DNA of 64,000 nt from the human T2T-CHM13v2.0 reference genome, Homo sapiens, in the NCBI RefSeq assembly GCF_009914755.1, contig NC_060941.1, one strand, 5' to 3'. Within the stretch, counting starts at the first letter, position 1. Each line of letters opens with the position of its first letter. The notes below the pieces were generated by a model. It was not told the origin of the DNA. It did no database searches and saw only the letters and a program-made list of their open reading frames with translations. The position numbers were made by a program, and so were the translations under genes. Of the stretch, positions 1 through 38,230 are shown piece after piece.

Positions 1-1292
<1,292 letters not shown>

Positions 1293-1422
1293 TTGGTGGT
1301 GGTCTTATTGAAGGGGAAACGCTTTTTGAAATCAATAGGATGAAGGTTTTTTAAAAACAATGAAGTCTTAAATCATTAGATTTTAAAGTGGGGTCTGGAG
1401 GTGGAAGACAGCTTATTTCTGC

Positions 1423-1534
1423 TGTGTAACATTTAGTACTTAACCATACATAATTATCAATGCAAGTTTTTTGTCCTAGGTGCAAGATTATATTTATTTG
1501 AGAGTATCAGGTGAACAAGTTTACATTTAAAGGC
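1423..1534 (+). repeat. Dispersed direct repeat, copy 1 (112 bp, non-Alu sequence)
   Basis: 107/112 identical to 3417-3528 by manual alignment. Confidence 0.95.
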
Positions 1535-1894
1535 GAGAATTGTGTTAAGCATTTGGTATTGACATTATAGTTTTAGTAAAACCATCAAGTTATCTCGATA
1601 GAGTTTGAAACTAAGCTCTTTGGTGGACTGCTACTGTTTATTAAGTAGGTATCACATTTCTATAGCAAGACATAGTTGAGTTTTGTAAATCTACTTGTAT
1701 TTTGAAGGATTGAATTGTGAAAATTATTTGTCTTTTGGCAATCTTTCTGAATAGAGAGCGTGCATGAGCAAGTTTGCATTGCAATTAATAGGTGAAAATT
1801 GCTGAGCACCTAAGTAACCAAAAAGGAGGTGATGAATTAGGTTACAGAATTAGTTTTGTCCACCCTTTACCTGTCTACTCCATTATTTGATTTT

Positions 1895-2315
1895 TGGCAG
1901 CATTCAGCATGCTTTTTCTGTAAAGGACCAGTAAATAGTAATTATTTTAGGCTTTGTGGCCAGGATGCAAAATTGAAGATATTATGTAGGTACTTAATAT
2001 TAAAAGAAAGAAAAAATTTACAGTTTTTTAAAATTTCAGTCCAAAATGTCAATCTGTAAATTTTTTGTTGATAAAAATACAACAATATAAGATACAACAT
2101 TTTGTAATACAGGCCTACTAATGAGAAATGAGAATTTTATTTTTGTGAGGGTAGGGGAGATAACACTTAGCTGAATTGGGGTTCAGAGTTAGTGTTTTCT
2201 ATAATCAAATCAATTGCTAATGTTTATCTGTAAAAACCATTCTTACCTTCCAGGCTGTACAAAAACAGGCGATAGGCCAGATTTGACCATGGTCCATACT
2301 TTCCCCACCCTTGAT
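1895..2315. mobile_element. MER58-family (hAT-Charlie) DNA transposon fossil
   Basis: tttttctgtaaaggaccag...attttaggctttgtggcc and aaaaacaggc...gccagatttgacc, resembling recalled MER58 ends. Confidence 0.6.
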
Positions 2316-2366
2316 TTATTCTATAAAACTAGTAGAATTCGACTAACTGTTTTGTTTCATCAAAGC

Positions 2367-3095
<729 letters not shown>

Positions 3096-3350
3096 AAAAA
3101 GTACACATTTAAAATCTAAGTTCCATTTTCCCGTCATGTTTATTAATTTGTCCCATTGCAAGATATGTTTCTGTTGTCTGCATGGGTAGAGATAATTTTA
3201 AAAGCTTGGTTAAGTAAAAACTGATTTTCTTAATTATTGCCCTTTAGGTTAAAAAAAAAAAAAGTCTTTGGGGAATTTTTAAGCCATCTGCCAGCCAAGA
3301 AACAAATTTAAGTCCCACCTAGTTTAGTTCCTACAGAAATGGGTAGGAAT

Positions 3351-3753
3351 AGGCTAGGCATGGTGTTTCAGACCTGTAATTTCAGCATTTTGGGAGACTG
3401 AGTTGGGAGGATTGCTTGTGTAACATTTAGTACTTAACCATATGTAATTATGAATGCAAGTTTTTTGTCCTAGGTGCAAGATTATATTTATTTGAGCGTA
3501 TCAAGTGAACAAGTTTACATTTAAAGGCAAAAGTTACAGGTCAGCACTGGCAACATAGCGAGACCCTATATCTACAAAAAATTAAAAAAATTAGCTGGGC
3601 GTCGTGGCTCATGACTGTAGTCCCAAATACTCAGGAGGCTGAGGCAGGAGGATCACCTGAGCCCAGAAGTTCGAAGATTGCTATGAATGTGCCAGTGCAC
3701 TCTAGCCTGGGCAGTAGAGGGAGACGATGTCTCAAAAAAAAAAAAAAAAAAAA
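3351..3753 (+). mobile_element. AluJ-type element interrupted by a 112-bp insertion
   Basis: ggctaggcatggtg...ggaggattgcttg[insert]...ggcaacatagcgagaccc...poly(A). Confidence 0.85.
3417..3528 (+). repeat. Dispersed direct repeat, copy 2, inside an Alu
   Basis: tgtgtaacatttagtacttaacc...tttacatttaaaggc. Confidence 0.95.
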
Positions 3754-4861
3754 GTATGGGAATCATTTAATCATCTTGTTAGATGCCTGATCTTATTACT
3801 TATTAGGACTAATTATTAAGAAATTAAAGCACAACTCATTTGCTGTTGTCTTCAGCGTAGTTGGTGACTTTGGAAGGTGGCAGATTTAGCCCAGTGATTG
3901 TCGTCTTTTCTCAAAATGTTTTCAGAACTCCTTTTTTACTATTACAACAACATAATATCCATTGTTGGAATAAGCATATCATTCCCTTTAAAGTCATACT
4001 CTCAGTCGTGATATTAATTCTGGTATATTTATTAAAGTCAGCTCGTGCTTTACTCTTTTTAGAAGTATTCAACTTCCATAGGCTAACATTGCCCCAACAA
4101 AGTAAAAATATAGGTCACGAGAAGGGCATCTTTTACTGAATCCATTTTGCTAGATTTCGTGTGAGCTGTTTCTGAAGTCTCCCAAGAAAATTTTCTGAAA
4201 TTTCTTGAATTTTTAAATATGCTCCTTTTCGATGACCTTTTGATAGTTATATCCTTCTTTAAATCTGACCTACAGTAACATTACCTTTCTAAAGAACAGA
4301 AATCCTTGGTGTTGGGGGAGGAGCGGCTTTTATATAGTTGCTTATGAGGTTTGTTTTGTTTTTTTCCTAAGGAAGGCTGGGTTGCTTTTGTGATTTTATC
4401 TGTTTCAAATGGTTAATATTCAGTTCCATTCACTTCTCCTGTATACAGCTTCATAAAGGTAGATGAGATGAACCTTAGAACATACAATCTTTTTCTGCAG
4501 ACAGAATTTCTTAATCATTACATAAACGTTATTCTGAAAAGTTTTCAGTAATTTCATGGCCCTCCCCAATAGTAACTTTCAGTATTTATACTGAATAGCT
4601 CTTTGCAACTAGCCTAAAAGAGTCCTTTATTTTTGTTCTTTTTTCTCTCTTATCTGTGGAGATTGAAAATATATAGCCATCCTTCAGAAAGCACTTCTTA
4701 CTATACTCTTGGATGAAACTTTAATATTGAAGTTTTCAGTAACTCTAAAGTTAGAGCTTTTTTTCCCTTAAGAGCTTCGCTATGGAGGCTCTTCTCATTC
4801 ACTTGAAATATAGATTGCATCAATTCTGCTCTAATATCAGTAGTTTACTATAATATATTTA

Positions 4862-5290
<429 letters not shown>

Positions 5291-5825
5291 TCAAGCATTA
5301 TAAAGTAACAAATTGATGTGGAATACATTTGGCTTTTCAAGTCCTAAAGAGGAAGGGACTATATGAGTATAAAGAGAAACATTTTTTCTAATTAAATTAT
5401 ATATGGGTATAGATTTTTAGACTCTATCTCTAGAACATGTCATAGACCACCTTAAGAACTAAGATGAAGCTTGTTTTACAATCCATTCATTCTTTAATTG
5501 CTTTGAGAAGTTATACTTAACTTTCAATTTTTTGGGAAATAGATTTTTTCTCTTAAACTTGTCGAGTTAAAAGGTAATAGTTTTGCGATTTGATGGATCA
5601 TTCCCTAACTTCAAAATTTTTTCATGATGTCAACAACCATCTCTTTAATATGACATATCATTGAGCTTTAGGCTTTGCTGATAATCTTTGAGGATACCTT
5701 ATGAACTTCAAATATATTTTATAGAATATTTCTTTTTTTATGTGATGGTGCTAGTACATATTTGTTGTGTTGCTTAGTAGACGTATTAAGTGTTTCAGAA
5801 TACACATAATTTATATTTGTTTGGC

Positions 5826-6110
5826 TTAATTCAACAGATACTTGAATACCTACCAAGTAGAAGGCACTATGCCAGCACTGCATAGCTTTCCTTGAAGAAG
5901 AGCAATTACTGCCCTTCAGGAGTGTATAATCTAGTAGGAGAAATAAAATATTTACATGAGTTTTACATGTAGGAAACTGAATGAAAAGTAAGTGTCAAAA
6001 TAAATATAAACCAAGTACCATGGGTAAGGAGAAATCACTGGTTTGGGAATAATTGGGTAAAAGGTTTAATGAAAACAAGTTAGCGTTTTAGATGGGGCTT
6101 GAAGGCTTGT
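5826..6110 (-). mobile_element. L2 fragment
   Basis: attcaacagatacttga...ggcact...tgcccttcaggag...tctagt pattern of an inverted L2 3' end. Confidence 0.55.
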
Positions 6111-6262
6111 GTGCTGTATTATACACCGTCTCCATAGTATTCATTGTTATGGCTAATCATCCATAGTTTATCTTACTAAAAATAATCAAAATCTGATTTC
6201 CATCTTGCCTATTAGAGTGACAATAAAGTATAATTTGTTTCTTTTATCCAGTTGAGAAGTGA

Positions 6263-6358
<96 letters not shown>

Positions 6359-8202
6359 TAAGATAACCTATCAGTTTACATTAAGTGATATACTTTAGGA
6401 AAGAGGAAAAATTACAGTGATCATTTTCCTAGTGATCACCTTGATATAAGGAGTTAGAAGGAATCTTAGAGGTCAGTTTGGTCCAAACTCACACACAAGT
6501 CAGAAATTAATTTCTGTAGCATTCCTGGCAGAGAATACTTAAGCTGTGGCTTGAATACCTCCAGTGTAGTTGTATTTATTATTCTTTATCTTTATTACCA
6601 GTTTCTTCCATTTTGAGTGAAACCTCTGACTTCTGCCGTTGGTCTTAACTCTACCACCTCATTTAAAGAGGGATACTCACATTTATAGTATATGTGCTAG
6701 GTACTGTGGCAGGGACTTCACAATATCACGTATCTTGTAAGTTATTCTCAAATATGAGAGGGGTTCTCTTTTTTTCCATCTTTTTCTTCTCATTTAAATC
6801 TGTCAGGCAACATATTCATAACTTTTATTTCATATTTGAAATATGTTTCTCACATAGTTTCAGAAACTTGAACATTTGGACAGAATCTACTTATTGTACA
6901 TTAGCAAATATATACCTAGAACGAATCCCTAAATGTTCTGACTAGTCTGATATCTGTCTACTCTAGATAGTATGCTTCTATTTATTTTTTGATATGTAAA
7001 CTTTATTTTTTGATATTTTTGATAGAAAATTGAATATTCTAAGGAGAAACAGCAGCTTGGGTGGTGTTTGTTCATTCATTAACTACCTTTAGAGAGAATG
7101 CAGAACTAAAAATATTAGATTCTTAAAAAAATAGAGTTGGAAAATTTGTCACAGTGCATTTTTCTTTTCCTTCTAGTTTTAAATCACAGCTTACGAATTT
7201 AGATAGGATATACACTTAATGATGCATCATTTATGCATCTCATTGTTTTCCCATTGTTCTGTTAACTGGTAAAAGACTTCCTTTTTTTCAGTTTGGCTTC
7301 CTTCTACTTTAAGTTTGGCTTTGGAATTAAGTGATTTTTTTACTTGGATTGTAAAATGATATTTTTTATTTTATATCCTGCAATCTTGTGGGGTTGAAGT
7401 ATAATTTATATTTCCATGTCTAGGCAGTCCTGACTTGTAAATAAACTGTGATAGTCCATTCTAGAAGCTGAGATCCTGAATTGTTACCTGGTACATCTGT
7501 TAATGCCCAGGGAGGACCCTATAAGATAGAACTGAGAATATTCGCAGTGCACACACATTTTTCTTTACTAGAATTTGTATTCCAGATTCTTGTCTGGTCT
7601 CCCACCCTAGACAGAGCTCTTGGGATCCTCAGGGCCTTTTTTACTTAAAATACAGACTGTAGTAAGATCCTGGTCTGACCTCCCTGCTTCTTTTCTCCTG
7701 ACCACATTAAAAGTTTGCCCTATAGTCATTTCAGGGTTCAAGTGAGAAGGAAGCATGAACCAACAACAAGAACACTGGACCCTTCTCTTCATCTTCCTCA
7801 TCAAGGTTTACCTTCACTACTAAACCCTATTACTATCTCATTGTGACATTGGGTTTGAAATTACAGAGCTTCCCTAAGTAAGAGTGTGTGGGAGATACAT
7901 ACTGTTCAATTCTCTCTGAACAATTGTTTCCCCAGTAATTTTGTTCCTTTTGACCCAGTGGTTCAATAGCAACTCAAAGATTAAAATCAGAGGGTTACAT
8001 AAATTCCTGCTGGTAGTTTTGGAAGAGAATTTTTTGAGTCTTTAGGGTCTAGCTAGGACCAGTGAGTTGGCCATTTAAGCCTCTCAAGATTCTTATGAAT
8101 GTCTCAGTATTGCTCCCAGAAGCACTAAGATGAATTAAGAAAGTGTGTCATTTTAAGTTTACTGCTAAGACCCTACATTATTAACTTTCTTTAATCTATT
8201 TC

Positions 8203-9396
<1,194 letters not shown>

Positions 9397-9444
9397 TTAA
9401 TATCTTAAATCATACACAAAAGTATCTCTCCTCCATTTATATTC

Positions 9445-9746
9445 TTTTTTTTTTTTTTCTTTTTTGAGATGGAGTCTCGCTCTGTCACCCAGGCTGGAGT
9501 GCAGTGACGTGATCTCGGCTCACTGCAGGCTCTGCCCCCTGGGGTTCACGCCATTCTCCTGCCTCAGCCTCCTGAGTAGCTGGGACTACAGGCGCCCGCC
9601 ACCTCGCCCGGCTAATTTTTTGTATTTTTAATAGAGACGGGGTTTCACCGTGTTAGCCAGGATGGTCTCGATCTCCTGACCTTGTGATCCGCCCATCTCG
9701 GCCTTCCAAAGTGCTGGGATTACAGGCGTGAGCCACCGCGCCTGGC
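9445..9746 (-). mobile_element. AluY, probably AluYe5
   Basis: Minus strand has GGGCGAGGTGGCG and GAACCCCAGGGGGCAGAGCCTGCAG (recalled Ye5 diagnostics); flanking repeat atattcttt. Confidence 0.7.
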
Positions 9747-10149
9747 ATATATTCTTTGTACTATTTCAGTTTAACTGGGTCCTGGATCTGTACAGGTCTA
9801 GTCTGGGAGTCTTCCACTAGAATTCATGTTCTTTTAGCACTGCCAAAGTTATAGTATGTCTGCTCCTGAGCCCAATATATTTCATTCCTCAAAGTTCAAG
9901 GGGTATCAAGATAAAAATACCATAGTAGTATGGCCCAAAAGTTAGTTCAGTCAAATAAATGCCTGAGTTTATTATGACGTTTGTAGTAATTTATAAACTA
10001 AACCAAGATATGAGCATTAATCTGTTCAAAAGAAGTTGGTGTTTCAGGGTCTTTTATATTTTAGACCTACAGTTGTCTTAAGTCATTTGCAGAAACTTGT
10101 TGGTGGAAGGAGCTGATAGAAAAACATGGGCTATTAAATGGTTATTAGT

Positions 10150-13040
<2,891 letters not shown>

Positions 13041-13169
13041 ACTTTTTGTTTTTGATGCAACCTAAGCTTTTGAATTAGTAACCTTCCTTTTCTAAACCTC
13101 CCCGTTTTTAAGCATTTATTTTTACAATAAGAAGGCCTGCATCTATATTCTTGGTTGCACGTTTCATTT

Positions 13170-13650
13170 CCGTAGTGTGCAATGTCCTAAGCACTATACT
13201 AAGCCCTCGGGTATATAAGGGTGAACAAAATGGATGAAGGCCCTGCCTTTATGGAGCTTAGTGTTTAGGGGAGAAAGACATAATCATTTAATAAATATGA
13301 AATAAGTGCTGGGAAGGAAAAGCATAAGAAAACTGTGAGTGTATAAAACAGGAGAACCAGCTTTCATTTGAGGTGTTAGATTTGGGAATAATGATGATCA
13401 GGAAAGGCATCTCTGAAGAAATAAGCTGAGATTTGAAAGAAGTGTACAGAAGTAAAATGGGGTGGGAGGATGAACAAATAGGTGGTTCTAGTTAAAGGGA
13501 ATATTACATATACAGCATTTGATGCCAGAGTAGCTGTGTAGAAAGAGCAAGTCTCCTTGAGAGTGGTATGAGAAGAAGCTGGAGCAGATGGCCAGGGCCA
13601 GACAGTGCATTGTCTTCAAGGTAATTTAAGGATGTTGGTCTTAAGAAAGT
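13170..13650 (-). mobile_element. L2 fragment
   Basis: gccctgcctttatggagctta...ggaaaggcatctctgaagaa...agctgagatttgaa motifs. Confidence 0.6.
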
Positions 13651-13659
13651 CGTTCGTTC

Positions 13660-17676
<4,017 letters not shown>

Positions 17677-18735
17677 CTACATCTTAGGTTGGTTGTGTGT
17701 CTTTCCCACCATTAATAAGATCTGATGTTTTCCCTTTCTTTTTTTTAATACACTTTGCCTTGACTATAAGCTTTGAAGTTGTTTTCAAATTGTCATCTTT
17801 TCAGTCTTGAGTTTTTGTTCTTTTTTCAGAACCTGGCTATACATTTCTTTTTGCATACTTACTCTTGAAGGTGCCTCATCAGTTGCCATTTGAGCATATC
17901 TGATTCTTAAAAATTTGAATATTCAAGAACAAATTGTAAAAATATTCCTTGTATAATTTTTTTGGTTTTGTAGTAATTCCTTTGTTTTCTTCACAGTACT
18001 TCTGCAGAGTGATCCATTTGTAATTAATAGACACACACACATCATCCACCATTCAGCTTTATCTTCTCATTAGAAAGTGCGTCTAACCCCTATATTTTGA
18101 GATCCTGGATTTCAGAATATTGGACTTGATGTAGACACGAGTTTCTCAGCTTTACATATCATAGGATCAAATGTATATAACAAAAGTTGAATAGCTAACA
18201 TGTAACTATAGAAACCAAGTAGATTATCAGACTTGTCCTGTTTTGAGGTAATACTGCCATACCCTTAAAATGAAGCCTTATGCCTGCCGCTAGCAGATTG
18301 ATGTATATAAATTAGAGGCACTAATCTTGGTCTCCTGTTGTCATAAAAACTACTTCCTCTGTGGGATCTGGCTGTTCTTAAAATGGGAGGCTCTTCCTTG
18401 AATTAGATTTCAAAGTGTTAGTCTCTTATGAATTAGCTTAGCATCATTTTCTGTAGACCGTATCAGAACTGTCAGATGTTTGTGCTTGGAATGCTGAAAT
18501 TTGCGTCTCAAAATTTCAAATTCTCTACCTGATTTCTTGTTATCATGTGGCTTACTTCCTGAGAAGATACAGGGAGCATGTGACATAGATGAACTAAGTC
18601 TCTTATATCTTATTCTGGTCATGTAAACTAGATTTTGTTGTGGCCTAAAACCAAATAGTCCTGACCAACCTTACATGTTTCTTTTCCTCCCGTTCATCTG
18701 GTCCAGCCTAACCAATTAAGATGTGGACAAAGTAG

Positions 18736-21332
<2,597 letters not shown>

Positions 21333-22474
21333 AGGAGTCCTGGTCAAATTTACAGGGCTAACCTCTTCATAATATGTCCTTATTTCCAGTCATTACTTGC
21401 TCCTTAGTACTCTCTTGCCACAATATCTTTCTGTAACTGTTCCCATCTGACTATAAAAATGCCTAGATTGTCACCATCATTTAAAAATATATATATATGC
21501 CCTTTACTAGTCCTTAGTGCCCAGCAACTATTTCATTAGTAAATGCCTTATGTAAGGGATCAGTACTGCTTTCCTTTCCCCACCATCTGTTCTGTATAGC
21601 CCTCCATAATCTGGTGTCTGTACATGTCACACTATGGAAACTATGCTCAGGAAAGTTATGAATGTCTCCTGATCAACAGCTGTATTCTGTTTTGCAGTTT
21701 AAAGGTACTTCAAAAGCTTATTGGTGCTTCTGTTTGTTTTATCCCATCCTTATAGTTTTTTTCTATTGTTAATAGATGTTTGTGAAAATAGAAGGAGCAC
21801 TAGTTCTAGTTCATGCTTTCTTTTGCTTTTCCATAGCTTCTAAAACTAACAGTGAAAATGATATATTGAAACAGTAAATTATAGATCTATACCAGATTTG
21901 TAATTGTGTATTTCATTGCTATTTGAAGTATAAAGTAATGGTTCTGTATAATTTATTGGGAAGGTTGAATTTCCATAGCTTCAAAATATTCAAATTTTTT
22001 TGCATGGATTTAGCTACCCTTTTCAAAATTTCCTTTTGATGAAGTCATTGACTAAAGCGTCATTAAAACAGAACAAGAAAAGAATTCCAAAAACCCTCCA
22101 AAATTCCTTTTTAAAGATAGGAAGGCATACCTGCTGTCATTTTATAGGTAGAACACTAAAACACAGTAAATTACCTGGCCTCCAACTTGGTAGTCTGATT
22201 TTTTCTGCCTTGCTCTGGTGTTTTTGTGGTTTTGTTCTTACTTTTTGTGAGTTGTGAGGGATTTTTTGTTGTTTATTTTTTGTTAGGTGTATAGACAAAC
22301 TTTTGGATGTCATATTTAACAGGGAAAGCATAGAGTCATGGGCCTGAATAACAATTGAGTACAAATATTTATAAATTAGTTGAAGTAACTTTGATTTCAA
22401 TGTTATATTTTAAAGTCTAGGTTATTTTACTACAGAGCATTAAAATGATAAAATATTTCCTTTTTTTTTTTTAG

Positions 22475-22523
22475 CTTGTCAGCTCATTTGCAGCTTACAT
22501 TTTTGGTTTCTTCCACAAAAATG
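22475..22523 (+). pseudogene. SUZ12P1: SUZ12P1 exon 5 homologue (49 nt, 1-bp deletion frameshift)
   Basis: tttag|CTTGTCAGCT...CACAAAAATG|gtatgt; LSAHLQLTF..GFFHKN with 'ACA TTT TT GGT', one base short of the recalled 50-nt exon (LTFTGFF). Confidence 0.93.
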
Positions 22524-22717
22524 GTATGTACTTAAAAGTAAATAAAGTGGCATTTTAATAGCAAGATACCTTTGTGAATGTAAAAAAAAAGTGGGGCTTC
22601 TGAGTGTAAATTTATAAAATTAAGTTTAATGGAAAAGATGTTGATTCTGATGTTTTTGAGCTTTAAGGTATGAAGGCTAATGATGAAATTTGTTTTTGGT
22701 GGGTGGGTGGTGGGGGA

Positions 22718-29240
<6,523 letters not shown>

Positions 29241-29426
29241 ATTACAGCATATAGGACGGTAATTATATTTGTTTTGTGAGTGGTTTATTTACACTATATA
29301 TAAAGGCTTTTAAAGAGTTTGCTGTAAGTTTGGAACTGATTTGAGGAAAAAAGAATGAGTGAACTTTTGAGAAGTCTTATTATGGGAAATCTCTGTTTGA
29401 AGTTCCCTGACTTGTTAGCAAAATGA

Positions 29427-29582
<156 letters not shown>

Positions 29583-30280
29583 TGATATTGGTAGATTAAA
29601 TGGAATAATTTGCTTAATTGGACATCTTTATGCATATATATTGTATTTTAAAGCTGAGTTTTAAATTTTGAAAGCTTAAGAAATGTGTTGATGGCCTAAT
29701 TATAAAACTGATAACCTCTTTTGCCAACTCGCATATCTGTGTAGTTTTTCTAGTCTTTTAATAAGTGTCTGTACAAAACTTTTCTCATAGGAGTCTGGAA
29801 ATGGAGAAGCTGTGTTTTAGCATCTGGCATAAATTCAGTTGCTTTTCTACCATTTCAATCTGTTAGCGTATTTCTTAGCTATTTGTACCCATTGACATTT
29901 TAGATAAGAGCTAAGAGAGAGTTTTTTCCACAAGATTATCCTTTGTAACACTGCTCTCAGGCAAAGAAATTTTGTTGTCAGCGTTATTAGCCATTCACTT
30001 ATTAGTACATTGCTTCAAATTTTTATAAGGTGAAGTTATTTCACCATAGAAACAAGTGTTAAGATGTTTCCTGGTCAACCGATCAAAGCCAACATATGTA
30101 CCTTTAGTTGCCTCAAGTCCTCGAGTGTTTCAAGAGGAGTAGGAACTGGTCTGGGTCCAGGGTCCCAGTGCTGATATTCTTCCAAGACCATAGGCCATAA
30201 GGGCCTCAGTCACAGGGAGGGAGTAGACTAAGGCACCATGGAGGCAGCAGTGGAACTTTATTTTTGAAAGTTTATGTAAA

Positions 30281-30857
<577 letters not shown>

Positions 30858-31797
30858 CTAACCACCATACACATTACAAGTGATGATATGAAAATCCAAG
30901 ATACATTACTTAGAATAAGATATGAATATAAATATAGTCATTCTTATGTTCAAAAAAATGTATCGGGGTAATCATTTTCCTGGAAGAATATACACAGCCA
31001 ACTGCTAGTATTAGTCATCTCTGGAGCGTAAGACCTGGGGGTGGGTGAGAATTCATAGTTTTCACTTTATAGTCTTATAAAATAGAAATTTTTTTAGACT
31101 GTATGTATTCTATTTATTTTAAAAGAAGTAGCTGCTGTAAGATACTGTCATAAAAGTCTTCTGATCCTTCCAGTTTTTCTAGTATGCATTTTCAGTGTAA
31201 CTAATCATACTATAACAGAATATTACTCAGAATATGATCATTGGTAGATAAAACCAGTTTTGTTTTTGTTTTTTTAAGGATGATGATCCTTTCTGTTAAA
31301 CAACATATTTTAACTATATGGATTTACTGTTTCATAATGTAGTTGTTGACCATGGGATTATTAGTCATTTTTTTAATTTCTAATGGTCCTATTAGTCATT
31401 GTCATGTTAAAATAGAACATTTAAGAGATTTGATAAAAGTACATGAGTTTAACATTTTAGCCTGGTTTTTTTGTTGTTGCTAAAAAGCCTTACCAGAGAG
31501 ATTTAGCATGCTTTTAATTCTAAATTTCTAATATACAACTGTTTCAGATCACTGTTAGCTAAATATTAGATGTACTGTATCATAATTTCATTATGTTGGA
31601 GAAAACCTCAATTGCTTTAATATTTGGAATATAGGTATTTCAAATGTTTATTTTTGCTTCACAGTTTTCAGAACTATGGTTAGAATTTTAACATTCCATT
31701 TGGTGATCATGGCCTATCTCCTGTGTTTCCTATAGCTGTGATTAGAATTTTTATTATAATTCTTATTGCTTATATACAAATAAATATAAATTAATAA

Positions 31798-32142
<345 letters not shown>

Positions 32143-32850
32143 TAAAGCAAACAGTGAATTCACCTCCACCTCAACATTTTGTTGTGCAAATTTTCAAACA
32201 TAAAGGACAATGAGAAGTATTTTATAGTGAACACTTATCTACTTACCTCTTAGATTCAACAATGAATATTTTATTATACTTGTTGCATATTTATCCCCCT
32301 ACCCATCCCTCTTTTCTTCCAACAATTGTGAATTCATCTTTGAGGTATTCATTCAACAAACACATAGGTGCTGGGGATGATTTAATTTAATCGAAGATGA
32401 TTAAAGCATTCAGTCCTGTCCTCCAAAGTCTCACAACCTAGTGTAGGGAAATAGACATGAAATATATCATTGCTGCAAAATGATGAGTGGCATAATACAG
32501 GTATATGTGAAGTTCAGCAGAGAAACACGTTGGAAGAAATAATCTTTGACTCTTGAAGTATTGTTTGAAGTTTTTGGGAGTTACCACGAGTGAGAAGGAG
32601 TTTGCCTAGCAAAGATAATTCTAAACAGAAACATTAGCATTTGCAAAGATGTGGGGTTAATGTTGTGAGTGTTAAAAAGAACATATAGTAAAAATGCAAA
32701 ATTGGAAACGTGGTCTGTATATTATTGCAACTTTAGTGTAATTCCTACCTCATTTGGGATAAATGTAGCATGTTTTATGTTAAGGGACCATATATCGTAA
32801 CACATTTTTGTTCTAATATTTGATTTATGAGAAATGTTTGTTAAATTTAG

Positions 32851-32944
32851 ATGTCAGTGAAGAGCTTCCAGCCAGAAGAAAATGAAATCGTGAGGATGGG
32901 GAAAAGACATTTGTTGCACAAATGACAGTATTTGATAAAAACAG
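32851..32944 (+). pseudogene. SUZ12P1: SUZ12P1 exon 8 homologue (94 nt, nonsense codon)
   Basis: tttag|ATGTCAGT...AAACAG|gtaatg; (D)[29 protein letters not shown](R), TGA at 32883-32885. Confidence 0.95.
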
Positions 32945-33454
32945 GTAATGTTGATGAACAAGCGAGGCTCCCACAATGTTCTGGAAATGTTTTCATTCTG
33001 AAGCAGAATATAATTATTTATATTGATTATTTCATTGCCTTTGTTTCTTTTTATTCTTACGGATGAAAAAACAAATTTGCAAACACTGAATTTTTGTCTG
33101 TTTCATAGAAAACAATAATTAAGGAACTATTTGCATAGATAGCTCAGTTAAACTTACTTATTTGGCGAATATTTTGAGTGTCTGCTCTTTTCCAGACACT
33201 GTTCTGGACATTAAGGCAACAAAATCCCTGCCTTCACCATGGAGCTTAACTTTTAGTGGAGGAAACAGACCACCACCCAAAAAATCAACTGATGTCACTT
33301 AGTGATGAGTGTTGTGAAGAAAAATAGAGAATAAATGGTTACTGTTTTAGAGCGATATCCTCTGGGAGGAGGTAGTATTTGAGAAGAGACTTAAATGGAC
33401 TGGGCCGTACGTAAATCTTGGGGTTATGTGTTTATTAAAAACTAAGGAAGAGGA

Positions 33455-37114
<3,660 letters not shown>

Positions 37115-38019
37115 TAGAAGAATAGTATTTTTAAGCCAAAATCTGCATGTTAGATGTGTAAAAATTGTTTTTAAAATCTCACAGAGGGCTGAGTGCAGTG
37201 GCTCACACTTGTAATCTTAGTACTTTGGAAGACCAAGGTGGGAGGATCTCTTGAGCCCAGGAGTCTGAGGCTGTAGTGAGCTATGATTGTGTCACTGCAC
37301 TCTAGCCTGGGTGACAGAGCGACTGTCAAAAAAAAAAAAAATCCAGTTAATTCCTTGAAATAATAACCAGTATTCAAAAGCCATATAGGAAAAGAATGCA
37401 AAGTTGAACAAAATAAAAATCAAAAACTTCTTCAGAAAACAAAAACGCCACCATAACCAAAGTCAAAAATGACAAGATGGGGAGAAATTATTTTCAACTT
37501 GTCTTTCAGGTAGATGTCTCATACTTGAATGTAAACAGGTCATACTAATTTTAAAGTTGCCCAATAGAAGAATGGGCAAAGGAAACAATAAGAAGTTTAC
37601 CAAAATAGATATATATGGTTCTTAAACAATTAAAACGATAAAACATCTGAATTAAAAGTACACTGAGATGCGTTTTTTCACTTATCAGATTGACAGAGAC
37701 CAAAAAACTTGATAAAGCACTTGATCAGGCTGTGGGGGAAAGGTCTCCACATACATTACAGATAGGAGGGTGCATTGGATTGTAGGTATCAAATGTACAC
37801 CCACAAAATGGAATAGTATGTATCTACGTAAAAGCATAAGGAAGCTCCTTTTTGATTTAGAAATATATGAATTTATTACCTATTTGAATAAATAAATTAG
37901 TTTTTAAAATAGTTGAATGGCTTTGCTGATGTACTATTGAAGTTGACTAAATTTAAGTAGTACAGCATAGAGAAAAGACAAAAATTCTTAAGTGTCAATC
38001 ATTTGGTTTTAAGAGACTT

Positions 38020-38230
38020 TAGAGACAGACACCTGGATTCATTTGCTAGATCTGGCTATTTATGGTTTGATTTTAAGGCAAGTTATTTAAGCTTTTCTTG
38101 CCTCAGTTTTCTCTTCTGGCAGTGGAGTAATAGTACATAGTTCATAGTATTGCTGGGAAGATTAAATGAACCATGTAAAATGTTTATAATAGTGCCTGGC
38201 ACATAGTGAACACTCAATAAATGTCAGCTG
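38020..38230 (+). mobile_element. MIR
   Basis: ggcaagttatttaa...gcctcagttttctc...gtgcctggcacatagt...ctcaataaatg. Confidence 0.8.
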
